Position numbers and translations under genes: made by a program. Below the pieces are notes generated by a model that worked only from the letters and a program-made list of their open reading frames with translations, made no database searches and was not told where the DNA came from. Of a stretch of 64,000 nucleotides of DNA, positions 54,919 to 64,000 are shown piece by piece. The stretch lies in contig NC_058368.1 in NCBI RefSeq assembly GCF_018350175.1, positions 112,532,001-112,596,000 on the forward strand. Reading direction: 5' to 3'. The DNA comes from Felis catus (lineage: Eukaryota). How positions within the stretch are numbered: the stretch's first letter is position 1; each line of letters starts with the position of its first letter.

Positions 54919-57697
54919 AAATTAGAAATTTTCAAAAGCTGACAAAGATCCAAAGCAATTGTGGAAGAACAATCCGGACTGGCTTCTGGCGCCCTACGTT
55001 TCCTCGGTTCCCTTCCTTATCTATGTTTCCTGCTACCAGCTGTTTAGGAACACCTCACCCACACCCCTGATCCTGTACCTTCCCGTCCTGGCACGAGTGA
55101 GCCCAGAGAGCGGGTGGTGGGCGTGTTCCTGGGAATGACCAGGGTGGTAGAGGGGAGTTGTAGAGGAAGACAGTAGTCTTACCTCATAAAATGCCTTACC
55201 TTTGCAAGTTTTACAAAAATGCCTGACCAGGTGAACATGAGCCAGGGCCCGCAAGCTCGAGCTTCGTTGACCTCAAAGGAGACCCACCTCCATCTGTCCT
55301 GGGTGCCCGTCCCTGCCAGCACGAGCCCAGATTATCTTCAGGTCACTGCCAGAGTCAACGACTTACAGGGGCTCCCAATGACCTTTGTAAAGTAAAATTC
55401 ATTCCCTCTTATTTTAATCCTGCTTATAAAAGTAGCGTTTGGTCGTTAGGTGGAAAATACAGACCAGGGTAAAGAAGGAAATAAAAGTCATCTTGGAGGC
55501 AAACAGTAACCATTTAGAATTCTCCTCTTCTCCCACCCCCTGCTACGAATTGGACAGGACACTGGTGGTAGAAAGTTGACACATCCAACATCAGTCAGCT
55601 CATGGACTCAAGTTATGGCCTTCCCTTCAGTCTGGGTGGTTGTTCTAGAACATTCCTGTTTTCAGCCTCCTTTATTATTTTTACACGGAGCCCTTTAGAG
55701 CTCAAATAAGGCCTGGCCGGTAGATGCAGCGCATTTGAGGCCTTGATAAGTGAGATGCTGCCCGCAGCATGTTTGAGGTGGTGGGAAGAGGTGTTTCCAT
55801 TCTTGCAGACCCAGGTCTGTGAGGCTGAGCGTTCCCAAGAAGAGACAAGCTGAGGGACTGGTCTCCTTCCAACTGGTCAGGGATGCCTGATGTCTGGGGT
55901 GTGGGAAACAGGAGGGGCGGGGGGTGCCCCAAAGGAAGGACTGGTAAGGGCCATTGGACTCAACCTTCTGATGGTTCAGGTACAGCTGAGCGGATACCTG
56001 GGAGGTACGTGGAGTGTTCCGGAGCACCTGTGGCCTCACGCATGGCTGAGGCCTGCAGCTGTGCAGCTTCAAGAAGCCCTGGGGCTGGGGCCCAACCTGC
56101 CCCAGGAAGGGGTGTCACCGGCTCCTGTCATCACTACGTCCTTCTCTCAGCTGCCTACAGAGTGAGCACCCTGGGCGGGCCCTGGGGAGCTGGGCCAGGT
56201 GGGGGCGCCACAGCAGGTGCGGGCTTGAGTTCTGCCTCTGGATCCCGCTCCCGAGCTGAGTCCTGCATGGGCCGTGGGCCGTCAGAGGCCTGACCCCTTC
56301 CCTGCTCACCTCCTTCCGCAAAGACCAGGCCAAGCCTGCAAACCCGATCCTCCAGAGAAGACTCTCGATGGGTCCCTGGCCGTTGGCCTGGGCCTTCTGC
56401 CCACCCTGTCTTCATGGGCACAAATTCTGAAGTCACATCTTAAGTTAATGGGAAGGTGGCAAAGGAGAGATGTCCTTTTGACAACATTCAAGTTTCATGT
56501 CCCTCCCCCCACCTATACTTAAAATTATAGGGAAGGAGTTCCATTCTTGCCTAGAAAGAGGGGGGAGAATCCAAATTGACAATATTTGGGATCATATTCC
56601 TTTCAGGGTTTGAAATTATGTTTTCTTTCTTTTCCTCAAGGATCTCGTTTTGGTTTTGTTTTTTAAACAACTTGGTTTCTTTCCCATAAAATCATGAGGG
56701 GTCCCTATAATTTTAATTCTGGATAAACTCCTCCCTACAGTCCAATTACCCCTGCTCCAAACCTGCCCCTGGCCACTTCCGTCCTGGTCTTCCCTGCACC
56801 TCTGTCACTGGGGGTACCATGTGCCCCCACAGGGGAGAGGCGGGGGCCTTCCTGGGCCAGGGCCAAGGCCGTGGGCAGGAGGGACAGAGGGTGCCGGGTA
56901 GGAGTGAGAAAGACCTACAGACCAAACAAGCAGCAACTGCTGATGAAAAGATCTGAGAAAATATCCTTTTTGCTCTGCCAGTTCTTGACAGGGAAGGAAG
57001 GACAGATATGCCCACGGCCTGATTCATGAGGAAATGTGATTATTTTAAAAAAGTCTTAAGTGAGGGAACTGACGCTGTCCTTTAAGTGGCATTTTAAAAC
57101 TGAAATTGGAAACCACATTAGCATTGCCATTTTATGCTGAGGCGATAGAAATCTGACCTGCTCTCCTACTGGGTTGGGTTTTCAGGTCAGAATTTGGGAT
57201 GTCTTCATCCCCACAGGCTTCCTCCGTCCTCTGGGGAGGCACGTGTGGTCCCCGCAAACCCTTGTGGCTCGGAAAGGGGCTCCTGCCACCACCCCCTGAG
57301 GAGGCTGCCCTGGGCTCGCTCTGCTGGATGAGGGAAGTGGGCTGAATGACTCCAGTCAGGTGGCTCTTCTTTACGAAAGCCTTTAGGGTCCGTCTCCCCC
57401 AGAGATGGCGTGATGTGGATTTTCTCAGCATCTCAACTGGAGCCAAATAGAGAAAACAAGGAGATGCTCGTGGCGGGTGGGGGGGAGGTCAAGGGCATTC
57501 TGAGATAGGACCATTCACCATCCAGCCCCACCGAACTCACCCGCCGAGGCGAGAAACGTAATGGCCTACACTGCCCTTACACAGCACCCCCTCCAAGGGG
57601 AGCTGAGGGTTGTGGGGCCGTGTGCTCCAGGGACTGGGTCTCAGGTTCTCCTCATGGCGTGGCTTCTCCTCGACCCCCTGCAGACCCACTGGGGGAG

Positions 57698-57918
57698 TTT
57701 TTTTTTTTTAAAGTTTATTTATTTTGAGAGGGAGAGAGAGAGTGAGCATGGGCAGAGAGAGAGGGAGAGAGAGAGAGAGAGAAAGAGAGAGAAAGAGAGA
57801 GAAAATCCCAAGCAGGCTCTACACCATCAGTGCAGAACCCGATGCGGAACTCAAACTCACGAACCATGAGATCATGGCCTGAGCTGAAATCAGGAGTCGG
57901 AGCCACCCAGGCATCCCT
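57698..57918 (-). mobile_element. CAN-SINE
   Basis: Poly(T), GA tract, gagccacccaggcatccc; flanking repeat CTGGGGGAG. Confidence 0.85.
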
Positions 57919-58056
57919 ACCTGGGGGAGATTTTTAAATGGAAGTTCTGGCCTTAAACCCAAAGATTCAAATCCGACATTGGAGCTGGGAGTGTGCGTGT
58001 GCATGTGTGTGGGTGTGTGTGATATCGTCAGGCATCTCCTGACACCTATGATTCTT

Positions 58057-58269
58057 TTTTTTTTTTCAACGTTTATTTATTTTTGGGACAGAGAGAGACA
58101 GAGCATGAACGGGGGAGGGGCAGAGAGAGAGGGAGACACAGAATCGGAAACAGGCTCCAGGCTCTGAGCCATGAGCCCAGAGCCCGACGCGGGGCTCGAA
58201 CTCACGGACCGTGAGATCGTGACCTGGCTGAAGTCGGACGCTTAACCGACTGCGCCACCCAGGCGCCCC
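58057..58269 (-). mobile_element. Young felid CAN-SINE (SINEC_Fc)
   Basis: CpG-intact body; perfect TSD TGACACCTATGATTCTT (58040-58056, 58270-58286). Confidence 0.95.
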
Positions 58270-61200
58270 TGACACCTATGATTCTTGCCTGCAGACGGAG
58301 ACAACACTCAGCCCGACATGAGAAGCCTCAGGGAAGGGAAAACAGTGCAGGACTCAACTCACAAAGGAGTCAAATGGCTGGCTTTTGAGTTTCACGAGTC
58401 TAGACCTGGCTGTAAGGTTTGGAACAAGACATCATGACTAAGGGCAGGGCTGTGCCGGCCACGTATGGTAGCTTTGGGTGAATTACAAAAAGGCGCTTTT
58501 CTCCTTGTCAGGGCAGGGCAGGTGGGAGCCTCCTGCCGTATCCTCACCACTCAGGGGCACGTGTTTGTGCAGTGCGTATACCACTCCACCTTACACGGTA
58601 GCGCTGTGTAAAGGCAAACGTTCCCATCCTCGACGTCACAGGAGACCTTCCTGCTCTCGGCGCAGGGTGAAGTGGGAAGTTGGTTGGGAGACAAGGAGAC
58701 CTCTCTGCCTTGAGGGGGGTGGCAGGAACAAGGGATGGTTTTGAGGATCAGGGTACAGAAGGAGATAATAAATACCTTTCTTGGATAGAGCCCCAGGGAG
58801 GCAGCTTTCAGAGTATGGATGGCTTGGCTCCCCCTGCCACACCGGGTGCAAGAAGGTAGAATAGTTTCTGCAAACCCACCTCTGTCTACCGGGAAGTGCC
58901 AAGGGGCCACAGCTGGTTTCCTCCGGCTCCCACATGGTTTGAAGACAGAAGAAGAGCTTCTGAGCCAGCGTTCCAGGGAGGACGCGCAAGCCGTGTGGAG
59001 GCGTCGGAGGATGTCTTCTGGATGGGGGTGAAGGTCGACGCAACAGCACCTTCCAGGACTGACCTTTAGGAAGCCGATAGGACAGCAGGTGCTTGGCGGA
59101 TGCCAGCGCGGGGAAGGCTGTGTATGGGACGATCGCCCACTTACCAGCAGCCCGCAGAATTTAGCACGGTGTCAGGTGAGTGGGTGTGGGCATCCGGAGC
59201 TGAGATCTCTACCACCTCAGAGGAAGAGTGGGGTGGGCTCCTCCCAGAGACTGGCTAATGGAAAAGTAAGGTTACAGTCCTTGTCCACTCGAGCTCGTGG
59301 GTGAAGGCTGATATAAATACGCGGAACCAACCACAGGCACCCCCAGTAACTATCTCTGTGCCCTGGGATTAAAGACAATTTTCATTTGCTTCTGAGTGCT
59401 GAGGTTTTGGAAAAATTTCTCCAGCGGCTCCGGTTTACTTTTGTAATGAGAATAATAATTTTTTAAAAAGAACGGTATAAAATGAAACAGCAAAAGTCAT
59501 TTGCTTTTTTATTTCTCTCTCCTCTCTGAGGTCCTTGCTCCTCACGTGCTTCCCTCAGCCCCTCGGGAGCACCCTGGCTCCCCGGCCCTGCCCAGGCTGG
59601 AGGTGGGGCTGGGCCCTGGAGAGAGAGGAAGGGAGTGGGCCCAGTTGGGAGTCCTAGAGCCAAGAGCTCTGATTCACAATGGCACCGCCAATGATGTCAC
59701 CAAGGACACTTTTCCACCCTCTCTGCACCCACTTGAGAGGACAGCCAGGGTAGAAGAGACACTCACCATTTTTGGCTTCAGAGAGAACGTCTGTCCTCCC
59801 CCACAGGCGGGAGGGTCCTAGCTGGGCTCTGCTAAGCCAGAGGGTGAGTAGGCGGGGCCTTTCCACTGTCCAAACTCCCAAAATAGTGTCCTTTCTTGGA
59901 AGGTGCTTCTCTGGCCCCTCAGAGCCCTTGATCAGAGCCTCGATCTGAACCATGAGGAGGAAAAGGCCCACACTTGGGCTCTGTGAGGGCCATTTAGAAA
60001 GAAAGGAAAAAGATAGAATGCCAGCTGGGCCCCTTTAAGGAGTCCCCACCTGGGAAGGCCAGGATGAAAATAGAACAGGAGGCAGGAAGGGGCTCGGTGA
60101 GCCGAGCGGGGGAAACACGCTGAGAATTAAGGAGCAGATTACCAGCTCCAATTATGAGCACACTTCAACAGCACATTTCCTCCGGATAAAGACCGGAAGT
60201 GGCTCTGCTTCCATCACCAAGAGAAGGAAAGGGTGAAAATAAGAAATAAGAGATGGGTCTCAAATATGATGACCTTAGTTGTGAGGTCAAGAGAAGAGGA
60301 CGCCCCTACTCCCACCCCATGCGCACTCACTGTGCATCGTGGGTGCTTCGCTCCTGCACCTGTCTCCATGGGCAGGAGCCGCCCACATGGGGGATGAGCG
60401 GCCCCACGGAGGAGGTCTGATGCCAGGGCACCCGGGAAACCTGCTGTCCCACTCGGGCAGGTGGTCCACCTGAGCTCTGCTGTCTGACATCAGGTGAATC
60501 TGGAGACCCCAGGACAGAGTGGGCAGAGTCCCCGCCCATGCCCCAGTGCAAGAATGACATCTCCTCACCTCCGGGAAACAAGACAAGACCCTGGAGAACA
60601 TTACTATGCCTAACCCTTGTTAGTGTTTCCTGTCCCTTTGCTATGCCTGTTTGCCTCATAATGATGTTTATTAATGGATATGAAGCATAGGGTAGACTGG
60701 GATTGAGTTATTCACCCCAACCTTTTTTTTTCTTGGTGCCTCCCACGTTTTACCCTACATCTTTCCTTCGTGCCCAAATCTCAGAGAGCCTTCCAATATT
60801 GGATCAGTCCCACCTCCTTGGTGAAGACTGGAGACTTAGTGAGAGCACTGGACCATGAGTCCCCGGCCCCATTTCCATTCTTACCAGTCAAGTAACCTGA
60901 TACCCATGCCATGCGGCAAAGGGCCCTCTGCGGCGTTAGTATTCAAACACGATGGACCCTTGGAGTCACCTGGGAGCATCTTGAAATACAGGTTGCTAGG
61001 CCCCACTCCAGTCTGTAGATGTACATCATTAATGAGTGTGCCAGGTAGGAGGACAGCTGTCCTCCTGAGGCAGGGAGTTCTAGAACACATGGAGAAATGC
61101 CCTGCGAGGAGCATCCTTCCTCCCCCAGGCTGCCATACTTGGAGATCCACACTTGGACACTTGGGGTCCAGCCCAGGGGCAGTCTTCCCATTCACCGGTG

Positions 61201-61979
61201 TTCATGGGCACCCCCCTTGCACCCAGGCCAGTTCACGGGGCTCAGGGGCTGCACTTCCAGTTCCTAGTGGTTCTACTCAGTGGGATCCCTGAGCTACTTC
61301 AATTCTTTCTTTGCAAAGACGATAATGAGTTCTCCTCTGCCCACTTTGCTGGGTTGTTGTTTTAATTAGAAGAGGTAAAGGATGTGAAACTGCTCTGACA
61401 CCTGTAAGGTTGGAAACCTAAGGGCGTGTTATCATTGTCCGCTGGCAGTGATTCACTGACTACCCTGAGACATCACCTCTGTGTTGTCCACCGCTTCTAT
61501 TAAAATCTCACCAATCCACTTAACTGTGGCTGGACTCGCCTCCTTTCCTTCCAGGGAGCCTGCAGCCTGCCCAGCGCCCCCAGGGTCCACAGCATCCTTT
61601 GGGCGCCCCACACGCTGCCACGCATGAGCGGAGGGGAGGGCTGCCCTGACCAGGGTCATCCTTCCAGAAGAAGGCCAGCGCTGTTTTGGGGGTATCTACT
61701 GGTGGACAGAGACAGGGTTTCTTTCTGTCGATCTAAGTCGTTGGGAACCCCGATTGTGCCTTTATTATGAACACCAGCTGACTTGCATTCCTAAGGCACT
61801 GTTAATTGAGGTCCTTGGAGTTAGGTCACCTTCTTGGGGTGAGCGGGTGAGGTTCCTCTCCTGTGGCTGGGCTGGGCATGATGTGCAAAGTTCCTGGGCT
61901 CCCCTTCAGTCCCTTTGTTTACCTCCTGCTTGGGGAATATAGCACCTCCAAACTTTACTTGCCATGATTCCTTGGTTGA

Positions 61980-62260
61980 TAGGCTTCAGCTGGGCAGCTC
62001 TTCTCCACCCAGCTGAGTCTCTCTTGCGGCTGCATCGGCTGGGAGCGTAGCTAGACTGCAAGGCACTCTAGCGAGCCAAGGTTTCTCTCCACGTGGCCTC
62101 TCAACACACGGTAGCCCAGCCCTTTCGGGACACAGCTCGGCTTCCGCGAGATGAGCCCCAGTGAGCACGTGCTAATCAAGCCTCTGCTAGCACTATGCTG
62201 GCTCGTGTCCCGTTGGCTCACGCTGGTCACATGACCGAGCCAGTGCGGATGTGGGTGGGG
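61980..62260 (-). mobile_element. Old MLT1-like LTR remnant
   Basis: ctctccacgtggcctct; caagcctctgct; tcccgttggc...gtcacatgacc. Confidence 0.5.
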
Positions 62261-64000
62261 CAGAAGCAAGGGCCCGAGGACCAGGAGGCCCGTGTCGTGG
62301 GGGCCACTGAGGTTTTAATTCACGGGGCCCTCATTTTCCTTGCTTTCTTGGAAAGTCACCCAAACACTTCGTAGACCAGGGGAAGCAGCCAGGCCAGGCC
62401 CTCGTGCCCCCTTGCTCTCTTTGCGCTGGCACCCCATGCGGCTGGCCCTGCCGTTTCCTGGGCCCGGAGGCCGGTGGTGTGACTTGGGGAGCTTCCCTGG
62501 ACCCAGGTTCCTCTGCTCCGTGCTGATGGTGGTTTCTGCCCTTGGGTGTTGGAGGAGACTCCGAGGCCTGGCAGGTAGGTAGTTGCTCTCTTCTTTCCTC
62601 TCTGCTGCCTCTTTGACATCGGTTCCAGCCGCCTCCTTCTGGGGGTGGCCTCCAGAGAGCCCCGTGGAGTCCCTGCACAGGGCCCCCTCGGGGCTTCATC
62701 TTCATGGAGCCACAGACATGCCCCCCTCCTTGTCTGCTCCAGGATCACCTGAAGGCAGTGCGCCTCCCTGTGGTGGCCTGCAGGGCTCTGCCCTGTCACC
62801 CTGTGGGTGACACACACCTGGGCCGTGTGTGTGTGGAGCGACCGTTCCCATGGTTTGCTCTCACACACCTGTGCTCTTGTCTCAGACCGTTGACTCCGTT
62901 TCCCAGAAGCAGTCCCTTATGTTTCGCCTTGGGCTGAATCTTTCCCGTCATGTGTCTGCAGGGGGAGGACCCACTGGGAGGTCTTTAACAATCAGGAAAG
63001 TGGTATTTCTCCCCTTTGGGAGAAGAATTGAAATATCTGTCCAGAGTGACTAGAATACTGATCCATACACACTGTCCCCTCGGTGCAGCCTCGGTCCAAT
63101 GGAAATCAGTCACCCTGAGCTGCTCCTTGGGGACACAGAGGTTCAGAAGTCCCAGGACTCAGCAAGCGCGTCTGAGTGTATCTTTGGAGGGGAACCGTCA
63201 TGAGCAGCAGCTCTGGCCCCAGCCCCCATGGCCTTTGCTGGAGCACAGAATCCGCATTCTGTTCACGCTGTTGGTGACAGACAGTGACGATGCTGTGAGC
63301 ATTTGCCTGTAAAGATGTGTCTAAAAACACAGCTCGGCTCTCAGAATGTTCACCTTCCGCAGGGCTCACCAGGCTGTGAGGGCTTCTGATTTAGTTGTGC
63401 AGGTTGGGAAAGCACCGGAGGCTGTGTTTTGCTGGATTGTGTCTCCTGTGATTGATTGGAGCTGAGCACGAAACCCTGGGGCTCTGTTCTGTTCTGTCAC
63501 CGAAATGATCCAAAGAGTTACCTCCTCTCTCTTTCTGAAACTGACCCGGCTCAGGTCTGATCCCCATGGCACCAGCAGACTGAAAACCCTCTGAGTCTGT
63601 GGCCTAGCTGCCGGGATTCATGGCACTCTGCATCACCTGTGCTCATGGAAGGCAGAAGAATGCCCCCACATCCAATATTGAGTTGTCTCTATGTAACTCA
63701 GATAGTCCGCTTCCCCAGCCTGTACCTACAACATAAGGCTGTATATTTCCTATTTGCGGCAGGAACCTCACCAGCCAGCACCTGATCATCCTCAAAGTGT
63801 CTCCTGGTTATTTCTAGAATGTCTGAGTACTGACCCCCACCCCCAACAAGGATGATACATCTAGTGACCAGTTGATTGCCTTGTCCCCGTTTCTGTGTTG
63901 CCCTCCTCAGCCTCCCCCACTACTTGCTGCCCGCACAGCCGTTGAGAGGTGCCTCACCGGGTCCCCATCCCAGAGGTGTCCAGGGTCCCAAATCTGCATT

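Noticed and set aside
49100..64000. TRPC7 3' exons expected from synteny
   Set aside because: No TRPC-like peptide recognised on either strand; the gene probably lies beyond the window.

Overview
Mammalian genomic DNA, felid judging by the SINEC_Fc-type CAN-SINEs. The + strand holds the complete coding part of SMAD5: six coding exons at 9410-32961, totalling 1398 nt (465 aa plus stop), all GT-AG. It also has a non-coding 5' exon at 1871-1946 and a ~4.85 kb 3' UTR ending near AATAAA 37796; the promoter and first exon lie left of the window. Convergent on the - strand is single-exon SMIM32 (103 aa, 47732-48043) in a CpG island. The rest is intronic or intergenic, with many CAN-SINEs plus L1, L2, MIR, HAL1, CR1/L3 and ERVL/MaLR LTR remnants. 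Features hidden from the ORF track include an antisense RPL35A processed pseudogene nested in an L1, a micro-inversion inside that L1, a 33-bp templated duplication, dense uORFs in the SMAD5 leader and a strong-Kozak uORF in SMIM32. I found no clearly novel multi-gene system; the best leads are translational control of both genes and the little-studied SMIM32 microprotein. Repeat family names and orthologue comparisons are from memory, not from searches.
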